Shown here in pieces: positions 12,994 through 25,465 of a stretch of 64,000 nucleotides of DNA. Position 1 is the first letter of the stretch; every line of letters starts with the position of its first letter. The translations under genes and the position numbers were made by a program. This DNA comes from Mobula hypostoma (taxonomy: Eukaryota): the NCBI RefSeq assembly GCF_963921235.1, contig NC_086108.1:39310001-39374000 (forward strand), written 5' to 3'. A model generated the notes under the pieces. That model was not told the origin of the DNA, did not search any database, and was given only the letters and a program-made list of their open reading frames with translations.

Positions 12994-14279
12994 AAACACA
13001 AAATAATCCGCAGATGCTGCGATCAAAGCAACACCTTCAGTACGCTGGATGAACTCAGCAGGTCGGGCAGCATCAGTTAGGAACGATGAGTCGACGTTTC
13101 AGGCCGGAACCCTTCATCAGAACTGAAGAATGAAAGATAGGGAAGGATTTGAAGAATGCTTGTAGCTTCAGTTGAAAGACCAGTAATTTGAAAGACAAAG
13201 GGGTAGGGGAGGGGAAGCATTGACGTGATAGCCCTGAAAACAATGGGTAGTAGAAGAAGGAGGCGGAACCATGAGGGAGCTGGGGGAGGGGTTGGAGTGA
13301 AATAGGGATAGAGGAAGAGAGGGGGAGGGAATTACCGGAAGTGGAGAATTCTATGTTCACACCAAGGGGCTGGAGACTACCTAGACGGTATATGAGGTGT
13401 TGCTCCTCCAACCTGAGTTTAGCCTCATTATGGCAGTAGAGGAGGCCATGTATGGACATATCTGAATGGGAATGGGAAGCAGAGTTGAAGTGGGTGGCTA
13501 GCGGGAGATCCTGTCTGTTGTGGCAGATGGAGTGGAGGTGCTCGACGAAGCGGTCTCCCAATCTGCGTTGGGTTTCACCGATGTAGAGGAGGCTGCACCA
13601 GGAGCACCGAATGCAATAGATGACCCCAACAGACTCACAAGTGAAGTGTTGTCTCACCTGGAAGGACTGTTTGGGGCCCTGAGTGGTTGCAAGAGATGAG
13701 GTGTAGGGACAGGTGTAGTACTTACGCTTACAGGGATAAGTGCCGGGTGGGAGACCAGTGGGGATGGACGTGCAGATAGGGGAGTCGCGGAGGGACCGAT
13801 CCCTGCGGAAAGCAGAGTGGGGTGGAGGGAAAGATGTGCTTAGTGGTGGGGTCCTGTTGGAGGTGGCGGAAGTTGCGGAGGATAATGTGCTGGATCCAGA
13901 GACTGGTGGGGTGGTAGATGAGGACAAGGGGAACTCTGTCCCTGTTGTGGTGACGGGAGGATGGGGTGAGGGCCGAAGTGCGGGAAATGGAGGAGATGCG
14001 GGTGAGGGCATCATTGATCACCGTAGAAGGGAAACCACGATCCTTAAAGAAAGAGGACATTTGAGATGTCCTGGAACGGAAAGCCTCATCCTGGGAGCAG
14101 ATGCGGCGGAGACGGAGGAACTGGGAATAGGGAATGGCATTTTTGCATGTGGCGGGGTGGGAAGAGGTATAGTCGAGGTAGTTATGAGAGTCAGTGGGCT
14201 TGTAGAAGAGTATTTTTATAATAATAATAATAGTAATTGAATAATAATAGAAGAGTATTTTATAATAATAATAATAATA
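12994..14279 (-). mobile_element. 5'-truncated Neptune-type Penelope-like element (RT thumb + GIY-YIG + pLTR)
   Basis: YKPTDSHNYLDYTSSHP, Cys linker GTYPCKRK, VIYCIRCSWCSLLYIGETQRRL; 18-bp TSD gaataagyatttcactgt (12976-12993 and 14280-14297). Confidence 0.92.
13089..13124 (-). ncRNA. Minimal hammerhead ribozyme motif in PLE pLTR
   Basis: agtt-CTGATGA-agggttccggcct-GAAAC-GTC-gact; core intact. Confidence 0.75.
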
Positions 14280-15565
14280 GAATAAGCATTTCACTGTTCA
14301 AAAATACTGCAATTTGTCTGCCTGATAAGTCTAAACTCACCCACACTGTAGGCTACTTTGTCACTTTACTCACTCACTCAATCTGTCAATCTCCCTTTTT
14401 AACTTCCTGCTTCCAACTGCATTACTTACAATGCCTCTGCAATCTCTAATAAACTTCTCTTAACGCCTTCATCCGAACCTATGACAAACATTCAACTGAG
14501 ATCCCTGGAGAACACTATTCATCACATCCTTGTAGACTTGTCACCTGTCCCATACCCGGCCAGCAAAATCCAAATTGAATCAAATGTAGTGTGTGTGTCA
14601 CTTGTACCTGGACACTGTTTTATGTTGAAAGATAATTGCTAACTTTTATGCTGCTTGCACCAGTTTCTGCAGTCAAAATCGTGTGACACGATGAGAGCCT
14701 ACTGAATCAAACGTCCTTACACAAGTACCCACGACAGCAAAGTTTCTTGCTCCCTATTAAAAGGTCCTTGCTCTTCTATTCTGAGTTTGTGCTGTCTGGC
14801 CTGGAGTCTCCCACTACTGGAAACATACTGTCAATATCCACCCTATTCAGACCTTGTACTATTCGGTAGCTTTAATGAGGGACTTTCCCCTCCCACCCAC
14901 CAATCCTTCTAAACTCTTCTCAACTCCAGTGAGTACACAGCCAGAGACATGAAATGCTTTTCATACATTAACCTTTCATCTCCAAAATAATTCTTGTAAA
15001 CTTTCTCTAAACCCTCTCCAACACTAGCATATCCTTAGTTATAGGGCCCAAGCCTGCTCACAAAACTGTGGTCTGACCATTGTCATATAAAGCCTCAGCA
15101 TTACATCCTTACTTTTCAATTCTAGTCTGTTCGAAATGAATGCTATACAGAATTTACCTTTAGGGAATCCTGCACGAGGACTCCCAAGTCCCATTGCACC
15201 TCTGATTTCTGAATTCTCTTCCCAATTAGAAAATAATCTATTCTTTTATTTCTTCTACCAGAGTGCATGACCATACAGAATTCCACCTGCAACTTCTTTG
15301 CACATTCTTCCAACATGTCCATGTGCTCCAGCAAACACACTGCTTCCTCAACACTACCTACCCCTCCACCTATCTATGTATCACCTGCAAAGGTGATACG
15401 AAGCCAGTGATTCTGTCATCCAGATCAATAGAATATAACGTGAAAATTAGCAAACCCAACACTAACCCCTGCAGGACACCTCTAGGCACTGGTAGCCAAC
15501 CAGGAAAAATCCCCTTTATTCCCACTCCTTGCCTTCTTCCAGTCAACCAATCTTCTATCTATGCT

Positions 15566-16700
15566 CTAGGACGAGGGAGATGTCTCCCTTTTTTAAAGAA
15601 AGGGGCTTCCCTTCCTCCACTATCAACTCTGCTCTTAAACGCATCTCCCCCATTTCACGTACATCTGCTCTCACTCCATCCTCCCACCACCCCACTAGGA
15701 ATAGGGTTCCCCTGGTCCTCACCTACCACCCCACCAGCCTCCGGGTCCAACATATTATTCTCCGTAACTTCCGCCACCTCCAATGGGATCCCACCACTAA
15801 GCACATCTTCCCCCCCCCCCCGCATTCCGCAGGGATCGCTCCCTACACAACTCCCTTGTCCATTCGTTCCCCCCATCCCTCCCCACCGATCTCCCTCCTG
15901 GCACTTATCCGTGTAAGCGGAACAAGTGCTACACATGCCCTTACACTTCCTCCCTTACCACCATTCAGGGCCCCAAACAGTCTTTCCAGGTGAGGCATCA
16001 CTTCACCTGTGAGTCGACTGGGGTGATATACTGCGTCCGGTGCTCCCAATGTGGCCTTTTATATATTGGCGAGACCCGACGCAGACTGGGAGACCACTTT
16101 GCTGAACATCTACGCTCTGTCCACCAGAGAAAGCAGGATCTCCCAGTGGCCATACATTTTAATTCCACATCCCATTCCCATTCTGACATGTCTATCCATG
16201 GCCTCCTCTACTGTAAAGATGAAGCCACACTCAGGTTGGAGGAACAACACCTTATATTCCGTCTGGGTAGCCTCCAACCTGATGGCATGAACATCGACTT
16301 CTCTAACTTCCGCTAAGGCCCCACCTCCCCCTCGTACCCCATCTGTTACTCATTTTTATGCACACATTCTTTCTCTCACTCTCCTTTTTCTCCCTCTGTC
16401 CTTCTGAATATACCTCTTGCCCATCCTCTGGGTCACCCCCCCTTGTCTTTCTTCCCAGACCTCCTGTCCCATGATCCTCTCGTATCCCCTGTCCCCTGTC
16501 CAGCTCTTGGCTCTATCCCTCCCCCTCCTGTCTTCTCCTATCATTTTGGATCTCCCCCTCCCCCTCCAACTTTCAAATCCCTTACTCACTCTTCCTTCAG
16601 TTAGTCCTGACGAAGGGTCTCGGCCTGAAACGTCGACTGCACCTCTTCCTACGGATGCTGCTTGGTCTGCTGCGTTCACCAGCAACTTTGATGTATGTTG
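15566..16700 (+). mobile_element. 5'-truncated Neptune-type PLE (GIY-YIG + pLTR)
   Basis: ORF 15990-16316 with VIYCVRCSQCGLLYIGETRRRLGDHFAEH; 14-bp TSD cttctatctatgct (15552-15565 and 16701-16714). Confidence 0.93.
16603..16638 (+). ncRNA. Minimal hammerhead ribozyme motif in PLE pLTR
   Basis: agtc-CTGACGA-agggtctcggcct-GAAAC-GTC-gact; core and helix I intact. Confidence 0.8.
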
Positions 16701-16763
16701 CTTCTATCTATGCTAGTAATTTTCCTGTGACACCACAGAGATCTTGTTTAGCAGACTTCTGAA

Positions 16764-16990
16764 CAGCACGTTGGGCAAGTGGTTAAGGCGTTCGTCTAGT
16801 GATTTGAAGGTCACTAGTTCGAGCCTCAGCTGTGGCAGTGTGTTTGTGTCCTTGAGCAAGGCACTTAATCACACATTGCTCTGGTGTCTGTGTGAGGAGT
16901 GGCGCCCCACACAGACTTACAATCTGCGCCTTGTAAGGCATGAAAATGCCTGACGCAGGCCTCTCATGGTCTGAGTAGACGTTCCCCCGC
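16764..16990 (+). mobile_element. tRNA-derived SINE with a CORE-like segment
   Basis: A-box tgggcaagtggttaagg, B-box agttcgagcc, then gtgtccttgagcaaggcacttaa. Confidence 0.7.
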
Positions 16991-18279
16991 CCCCTCCCCT
17001 GCATGGCACCTTGTCAAAGGCCTTCTTAAATTCCAACAAGTCTCAATGGTGAGACCAGGGTTGGTGAGAGCAGGGGAGATCAAGGAGGAAGGCAAACACT
17101 CAAAAATGTGAGGAAAGAGGGAAGGACAAGCAATTGTGGAGTCTAACCAAGGCTGAAAATGGCATTAAGGGAAAGAATACGTAAAGAAGGACGGATCAGG
17201 ATAATACAAATTTGTGCTGCGATATCAAGAAAAATAGGGTAGACATGCATGTGTACACATATAAGCACTCTCTCAGTCTGTGCAGTGGAGCCACGTCCCT
17301 GATCGTATCTTGGTCCCACTGCCATTAGACCAAGACTTTGGTCTCTACAGTGCCCCGTAGAAGGGTGGACCATCACTGGTGTTCCCCTAATATTTTAAAT
17401 CTTAAGACATAAATAGTGGCAATCTGAAATGGCTATCACCTGATCTTTCCTTTTTTTGACTGTTGAGAGGGCCTGGGTTTGAAGTCTTGTTTCTAAAAAG
17501 TCACAAATGAATACGCCTCATTGCATGAGGAAGCAGGCAGCAAGCAATGCTCTAGTCGTGCAAACCACAAAGAGATAACACTTAATTTTATTTCAGAACT
17601 ACCTCGAAATCCGCAGTATTTTAAGATCACACAACAGAAGGATAGCTGAATTTTTATTTATCTCCCCAAGGTAATAACTAGTGATCCCCTCCTGTGCTCT
17701 CAGCAGAGTTCCACCACAGCACAACAGGTTTCACTCCCCATAACAGTTTAGGGAGGTGCCATACAGGTGTCATCTATAGGATGACAACTGGAGTACACTA
17801 CTTGCTTACTTTCAAGTGTACTGTCCCGCTGGAACATCACTGAAATGCTACAGGAAAATATCCAATTCCATCACATCTTAGTCCCACAGTGTGACAAAAC
17901 TAGAGTTAGCTGATTGCTCTTGCTAGACAGAGATCTGGATTTCTTAATACAATTTTAGCTTCATTATACAATCCTTTCCATCCTAATATGGCACTTCATT
18001 TAATTAATTATCCTATTAGCATACAAACTGTTGACAATATTCATTGGATTTATTTACTTGTAACCAACCCGACTACCGAACGTACCCGAACAGAAAGGTC
18101 TCCTTATCCTCTTGCTCCTATTGTTATTCTCAAACTGACGCTCGTAGTTTTCAAACACAAAACATGATACATAAACTGGTGGAGACTTTAAAAAAAACTA
18201 GAAAGCGCAGATGCCTTGGGCACATCCTGGTTCAATGTGAGAGCTTCAGCTTCTTAGTGTTGTCAGTCTTATTTGGCAA

Positions 18280-18830
18280 AGAGTGCAGGCCCGAAGCCTG
18301 CAGACTTCACCGGGATGGCAAACAAAACCCCGCTGCCTTTACAACACAAGCAAATCGTCCCAGATCGGTTTCGGGAGCCCGACACTCAAAACCAAATGCG
18401 GCTCCTTCTGCAGGAACCTCCCTGCTTCCTCCTCACCCCCGCCCCGAGTCCCATCTCCTCACTCACTTCAGTCTGCAGTCCATGGCTACGGCATCTCGGT
18501 GCGGCGTCCCCCCACCTCCTGCCTGCCCGGTGTGTCTGCTGTCTGGGTGCCGGTGTGTGCTTGGCCTGCGCGCTGCGCCGAAGGTGCCGTCTCCGCGGTT
18601 AACGCTGCTCCCCGAGCCTCCGCTTCGCACACACTGTACAAACTAGGAAGTGGGGACTCACTGACACTGAGAGAGAATGTGTGAGTGTGCGAGAGAGGTG
18701 AGCGACGTCAGCGACTCAGAAACATCTGACTGCTTCCCACAACAGGAAGCTTTCCCCCGGGAAGACGGTGAGTGTGGGAAAGGCGAGTCGGTGTCGGAGT
18801 GGGGTGAGGATGGTCACTCGCTGGGGTGAA
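18280..18830. promoter_or_regulatory. CpG island / DENND1B promoter
   Basis: Strong local GC and CpG enrichment in non-repeat DNA around the start exon; ETS-like aggaagtg (~18645) and CRE-like cgacgtca (~18703). Confidence 0.8.
18467..18483 (-). CDS. DENND1B: DENN domain-containing protein 1B, coding part of exon 1
   Basis: Kozak gccATGG; ATG GAC TGC AGA CTG AA|gtgagt gives MDCRLK (DENND1B begins MDCRTK as I recall); joins exon 2 in frame. Confidence 0.9.
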
Positions 18831-19899
18831 ATAAAAGAGTAACTTTGTGAGAACGAGATTATGGGACAGTGCAGGTAAGTGGAGCAGGTTGACCTGAAGC
18901 CAGAGACTCCGAAATACGTTCTTTGGACCAAGTCTGAAAAGTCATCGACTCTAAGTATTAACGCTGTTCTGCTTTCAATGGGTGAGTGTGGGGTGTGTGA
19001 AATAGCAGTAAATAGAGTGGAGTGTGTGAGTAAGGCTCAGCAGAATGAATCTGTGTGGGGGTGCAGGTGCAAATGGCGAAGGTGAAGAAGGCATTGTATA
19101 TTTCGGGAGTATGGAACTCCACTGATATCAGAATAAGTTCTCTGTTTCAATCAAGTCCCAATTAGCCCATTCTTAGTTATGAGCAGAATGACCAAAGACT
19201 ATGTCAACATATCATGAAGGGACACTTATTCTGCAATACCCTCGTCATAGTTGCCCGGTCTCGGATTCCCAGAACTACATGGTTCCAGACCTCATGGATC
19301 AAAGAGCTGAATCAAAGGGATGAGCTGAGAGTACATGAATATAGGTTTGGGAGTGACCGTGACTACAAGGTGTCCTGGTAAGACAAGTCAGTGGGTATCA
19401 GTGGTCTCGTGCTGCTAACAAAACATAATGGCTGTTATTCCAGTCTCAGGACATCACTGTAGAAATTCCTGGGAGCAATTCCCAACAATCTTCACTTACT
19501 TCAGTCATGACTTTCCTACTATCCCAAGATCAGTGCTGGGGGTGTTGGATGAGTATTGCACAGTGTTCAATTTCATTGGCAATTTATGTTCACTCTGAAA
19601 ATAGGTATCAATTAATTTGTTAAGAAGACTTTTTTCTTCATTCATTGGGTGACCTGCACATTTTAATTTTGGAAACGTTTTTAGCAATGTCAAATAGTCT
19701 TTTATTAATAACTGTGTCATTTAATAGGATAGTTTCAACTCACTGGATTTCAGCACATTTAATTTGCAGCTGCTCATGTAGCAGCCCTTACATGCCTAGA
19801 CAACATTCACGTATCAGCTATAAGTAACATTTGTGCCACAGATATTTCAAACAATGATCTTCAACCAGAGGGTAAAACCACCTACACTTGCTTACTATT

Positions 19900-22800
19900 C
19901 AACACTCACAACACGCTGGAGGAACTCAGCAGGTCGGGCAGCATCCGTGGAAAAGATCGGTCAACGTTTCGGGCCGGAACCCTTCATCAGGACTGTAGGG
20001 GGAAGGGGCAGAGGCCCTATAAAGAAGGTGGGGGGAGGATGGGAAGGAGAAGGCTGGTAAGTTCCAGATGAAAAACCAGTAAGGGAAAGATAAAGGGGTG
20101 GGGGAGGGGAGGCAGGGAGGTGATAGGCAGGAAAGGTGAAGAAAGAATAGGGGAAAGCACAATGGGTAGTAAAAGGAGACGGAACCATGAGGAAGGTGAT
20201 AGGCAGCTGGGGGAGGAGAGCAGAGTGACATAGGGATAGGGGAAGGGAGGGGGAGGGAATTACCAGAAGTTCGAGAATTCTATGTTCACACCAAGGGGCT
20301 GGAGACTATCTGGACGGTGTACGAGGTGTTGCTCCTCCAATCTGAGTTTAGCCTCATCATAGCAGTAGAGGAGGCCATGTATGGACATATCTGAATGGGA
20401 GTGGGAAGCAGAGTTGAAGTGGGTGGCTACCGGGAGATCCTGTCTGTTGTGGCAGACGGAGCAGAGGTGCTCGACGAAGCCGTCCCCCAATCTGTGTCGG
20501 GTTTCACCGGTGTAGAGGAGGCCGCACCGGGAGCACCGGATGCAATACATGACCCCAACAGACTCACAATTGAAGTGTTGCCTCACCTGGAAGGACTGTT
20601 TGGGGCCCTGAATGGTGGCAAGAGAGGAGGTGTAGGGACAGGTGTAGCACTTGCGCTTACAGGGATAAGTGCCAGGTGGGAGATCCGTGGGGAGGGACGT
20701 GTGGATCAGGGAGTCGTGGAGGGACCAATCCCTGTGGAAAGCGGAGAGGGGTGGAGAGGGAAAGATGTGCTTAGTGGGGTCCTGTTGAAGGTGGCGGAAG
20801 TTGCGGAGGATAATGTGCTGGATCCAGAGGCTAGTGGGGTGGTAGGTGAGGACAAGGGGAACTCTGTCCCTGTTGTGGTGACGGGAGGATGGGGTGAGGG
20901 CCGAAGTGCGGGAAATGGAGGAGATGTGGGTGAGGGCATCATTGATGATGATAGAAGGGAAACCACGATCCTTAAAGAAAGAGGACATTTGAGATGTCCT
21001 GGAACAGAAAGCTTCATCCTGGGAGCAGATGCGGCGGAGACGGAGGAACTGGGAATAGGGAATGGCATTTTTGTATGTGGCGGGGTGGGAAGAGATATAG
21101 TCGAGGTAGTTATGAGAGTCAGTGGGCTTGTAGAAGATGTCAGTGGACAGTCTGTCTCCAGAGATAGAGACCGAGACATTGAGAAAGGGGAGAGAAGTGT
21201 CTGAGATAGACCAAGTGAATTTGAGGGCTGGGTGGAAGTTTGAAGTAAAGTCGATGAAATTGACGAGCTCAGCATGGGTGCAGGAAGCAGTACCAATGTA
21301 GTCGTGAATGTACCAAAGGAAAAGTTGAGGAGCAGAACCGGAATAGGTTTAGAGCACAGAATGTTCCACATAACCAACGAAGAGGCAGGCATAGCTGGGG
21401 CCCATGTGAGTTCCCATAGCTGCACCCTCAGTCTGAAGAAAGTAGGAAGAGCCAAAAGAGAAGTTATTAAGTGTGAGAACCAGTTCCACCAACCGGAGGA
21501 GGGTAGTGGTGGTGGGGAACTGGTGTGGTCTATTATCCAGAAAGTAGCGGAGGGCTTTGAGGCCTTCTTGATGGGGAATGGAGGTGTATAAGGATTGGAC
21601 ATCCATAGTGAAAATGAAGCAGTCGGAACCAGGGAACTGGAAGTTATTGAAGAGGTGGAGGGCATTGGATGTATCCCAGATATAGGTGGGGAGGAACTGA
21701 ACTATGGGTGACAAAATGGAGTCCAGGTAGGCAGATACAAGTTCGGTTGGACAGGAGCAGGCAGAAACTATGGGTCTACCGGGACAGTCAGGCTTCTGTA
21801 TCTTGGGGAGGAGGTAAAACCAAGCGGTGCGGGGTGTGAGAATAATGAGTTTAGCGGCTGAGGATGGAAGGTCTCTGGAGTTGATAAGGGCAGTGATGGT
21901 ATGGGAGACAATGGTTTGATGTTTTTTGGTGAGGTCCTGTTCCAGGGGTAAGTAAGAGGAGGTGTCAGAGAGCTGCCGTTTGGCCTCAGTGAGGTAGAGG
22001 TCCGTCCGCCAGACTACTACGGCACCACCTTTGTCATCGGGTTTGATGGTGAGGTTGGAATAGGAGAGAGGAGTGGTGAAGTTGAGACAGTTGATGTCTC
22101 GGCAACAGTTGGTGATGAAAAGATCAAGTGCAGGTAGAAGGCCCGGGCAGGGTGTCCAGGAAGAGGAGGAGGGTTGAAGACAAGAGAAGGGGTCATCAGT
22201 AGGGGGAGGGGAATCCTTGCCAAAGAAGTAGGTTTGGAGACGTAGGCGACGGAAGAAGAGTTCAGTGTCATGGCGGGCACGGTACTCACTGAGGTGTAGA
22301 TGGAGGGGGACAAAAGTGAGGCCCTTGCTAAGGACAGAACGTTCTGCCTCAGAGGAGGGAAGGTCAGAGGGGATGGTGAAGACACGGCAAGGGTTGGGGC
22401 TGGGGTCGGAGGAGGGTGAAGAGTGGGAGGTCTCAGGAGGGAGGGGGGGTTGGGATGTTCAGGGAGAGCGAGATTAGGTGAGGATGAGGGATCAAAGGAA
22501 TGGAGGGGTGATGAGTAGAGGGAAGGTTGGGAGTCGCGGGGAGGAAAGAGGGTAGTGGGAGAATAAGACGGGCAGTAGGACCCAGCGACAGTGGGAGCAG
22601 TCCCGGTCCAGAGAGGGTCGGGACCTCGGCTCCGAGCTGGATCTGGAGCTGGGGGTGGCGGAACCTGTAGCCTGCAGGGCCCCAGAGCTGAGGTCAGAGT
22701 CGGAGGCGATTCAGAGTCAGAGGTGGATGGGTCTTCGGCCTGCTGAAGGCCTGAGAAGTCAAGGTCCGAGGGGTCAGGGTCTGGGCTGGAGCCGGTCATC

Positions 22801-23161
22801 GTCGTGGGCTCCAGGCGGGCAAGCATGTGGTCCTTATTGGACGCGAGGAAGGAGAAGAAACGGCGGTTGGAGGCATGAATTTGGCAGAGATTGAAGTGTA
22901 GGAGAGGTCCATGGCGGACGGTGGAGAGCGAGGCCCGGAGTGGTGGCAGAGAGAGGGACGGGGCCCGTAGGTATCTTCGCATGGCAGCGAGCGTGGCACG
23001 GAGAATCCGGCGGGAGCAGTGGTCAATGAAATGGAGATACCTGGGATCCTCGCTGGGCCCGAACTGGGAAGCCTTGAACCGGAGCTGGAATCCCTGCGAT
23101 AACAGATGGCGGCGGAGACACGTTCCCAGGAAGGAGACGTGGCTGTGGTAGCGGGGTTTTT
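19900..23161 (-). mobile_element. Near full-length Neptune-type PLE (N-terminal domain, RT, Cys linker, GIY-YIG, pLTR), frameshifted
   Basis: HVSFLGTCLRRHL, TMDVQSLYTSIPH, GAAMGTHMGPSYACLF, PCKRKCYTC, MYCIRCSRCGLLYTGET; 13-bp TSD cttgcttactatt (19887-19899 and 23162-23174). Confidence 0.95.
19958..19995 (-). ncRNA. Minimal hammerhead ribozyme motif in PLE pLTR
   Basis: cagtc-CTGATGA-agggttccggccc-GAAAC-GTT-gaccg. Confidence 0.75.
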
Positions 23162-23249
23162 CTTGCTTACTATTTCTCAGTCCCTGGTCATCTACATCTT
23201 TTTTGTCTTGATTGATCATATGCCCAGCTCTACAATCTCATGAATAGTG

Positions 23250-24205
23250 TGGTCACAAGAACAAGTCAGGGTCAGGGTAATCTGTGGAATAACTTGCTGG
23301 TGCCCTTGAGCCTGTTTGCCGTCTGTTTGGCACAAGTCATGTGTGTATGGATGAGTACAGACGTAGCAATAGTCAAGAAGTTTGGCATTATCTAGGACAA
23401 AGCGCTCTGGAAGGATACGCACCCCATTCATCATCTTAAGCGTACATTCTCTTCACTCTTGGCTTGTGTCTACCCCATTTGCGAAATGCACTGCACTTAT
23501 TCACCTAGGCTACTTTGACAACACTTCCCAAACTCCAATCTTCTAACATCAAAAAGGACAAGGGCTGAAGACCAATGAAGACACCACCATGTGCATATTG
23601 CCTTTAAAGTCACACACCATCCTGAATCGCTGTTCCTTTATTATTGCTGGGCCAATATCCTGGAACTCTCTTTCCAACAGCACCGAGGTACCTTCAGCAG
23701 TAGCACCGCAACAGGATTTAGATTTATTTATTGCATGCACATCAAAACACACAGTGAAATATGTTCTTTGTATTAACAACCAACACAACCTAGTGATGTG
23801 ATGGGGGCAGGCTGCAAGTGTCAGCACACATCCTGGTGCCAACAGAGCATGCTTACAATGTTCAGCAGAACGACAGCAGCAAAACAAGTTTCTCCCTCCA
23901 ACCCACGCAGAGTCAAGACCTCCAACCCCAGGACAGGCTGTCTTCAGCCTCCAGCCTCCAACGGACTTGGACACAGACACTGGGCCTTCGACATTCCCAA
24001 CAGACTCGCAGAAATTTGCAGACTCAGGGTTCCGGCCATCGGGCCTTGACTTCCAGACTTTGGATTGGCCTTTGGGCTTTGATCCCTAAAATCAACTCCA
24101 GGACTTGCCGATCCTTAAAAAACAGTCGCCCACCATCATCTTCTCAAAGGGATGGGCAACAATAATGGCTTTGTCCATGATGCCCAGATCCCAAATATTG
24201 AGAAT
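23250..24205 (+). mobile_element. Old LINE 3' fragment interrupted (~23717-24100, minus) by a non-autonomous element
   Basis: aatatcctggaactctctttccaacagcacc...gggatgggcaacaataa is similar to the inverted copy at 35825-36000; the nested element resembles 58225-58760. Confidence 0.5.
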
Positions 24206-25074
24206 CAATAAAAAGATATTTGCTGTATAATGGTGTCCATCAGTAACGAGGGGAAAATGAGCCAACTTGCAACTGGAGGCAATGAATCTTGGAGCAGAAG
24301 CACAAAACCGTAGTGACACGCAAGATTGAATAAAGTTTCATTTCCAAGCCCTTTGTCTTGTAATTCCTTGGCACAATATTGTGGAAATATTATCACCATT
24401 AATGTCCACGTAGGTTTCATTCATTCATATTCAGGTTTCAATAATGCACTACCCATAAATGATAAGCAGTTTAGTACTATTAGTCACAGACATTATCTTC
24501 TACTTCAACTGTATCACCATTTTCACCGCTAATAATGTTTATAAAGGACCAGGTGCTGGAAGCCATAGAGTTGAAGTTATCCCATAAAATGCTATAGTTA
24601 TTAACAGTGCAAAGAATATTTGACAGTTAAAACTGTTTACGAAAATAAAATATGGAAGTAAAACAATGAATCAAAAAAATTGTTTTCTTAAAAGATAATT
24701 GATACTATGTTTTAAAAGTGAACATAAATTTTAAATTAAACTTAGCATGCACACATACACATAGATTCACTCAGATATAAAAATTCTGTTACATAAATTA
24801 GAGTGCATATCAAGAGCACATTATTCAGTCCCATGATATTTCTAGTAATGTTTTATTGACTACTATTTATGGAGTTTACCATTCAATTATTTATTGAGCA
24901 TATTTGTGGAGTTTAAGTCAGAATTGAAGTACAATTCCTCATCAAGTTTTTCCTTCTCATCATTGTAGGAATTAATGGCTTTTCAGAGAAACTCCTCCTA
25001 CATGCTTAATCCTTCCTCACTCAGACACTCTTCCTAGCTTCCATATTTTTCTTTCACAAGAGACATCATCAGTC

Positions 25075-25465
25075 AAAGATTAATTTATTATCCAAGCATG
25101 TATCCATATACAATGCTGAAATTTGTCTTCTCCGGACAGCCACGAAACAAAGAAAGAAAGTAAGTTGTTCAGAGAGAAACATCAAACCCACCTCCCTGCA
25201 CAAAAAAGAACAGCATCCTGATCATCAACCCCCAAAAACAACCCTCCCCCCGCACAAAAAACTAACAGAACATCAACCCCAAACACCTTCCCATCATGCA
25301 ACAAAACGAAAAAGGAGCAGATGATTAAAGAAACAGAATATGAAAACCATAAGTCTGAAAAAGTCCACAGTACATAAACACAATAGTCCAATCCACAAAC
25401 ACAGAACCACGAAACCATCCTATGATATCACCGACAATCATCAAAAGAGAGGGACGTCACACCAT
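25075..25465 (-). mobile_element. Non-autonomous LINE-tail-type repeat
   Basis: tttatta tail at the left end; internal catcaacccc repeats; architecture like 23717-24100 and 58225-58760. Confidence 0.4.

Larger units (their letters stand above)
14745..17035 (-). mobile_element. Decayed CR1 LINE hosting a PLE and a SINE
   Basis: EVQWDLGVLVQDSLKVN peptide; DNA colinear with the CR1 at 7290-9865 on both sides of the nested insertions. Confidence 0.8.

Noticed and set aside
16356..16716. Recurrent small ORFs MLVNAAGQAASVGRGAVDVSGRD... at several loci
   Set aside because: Antisense translations of the repeated pLTR/hammerhead region, not a peptide gene family
16764..16840. tRNA-like sequence
   Set aside because: Continues into a SINE body with no proper acceptor stem or terminator; it is a SINE head
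18044..18684. Overlapping 109-200 aa plus-strand ORFs
   Set aside because: Stop-poor GC-rich CpG island antisense to DENND1B exon 1; no recognisable protein
20395..21665. Long alternative-frame and antisense ORFs (269 and 319 aa)
   Set aside because: Shadow frames of the PLE coding sequence
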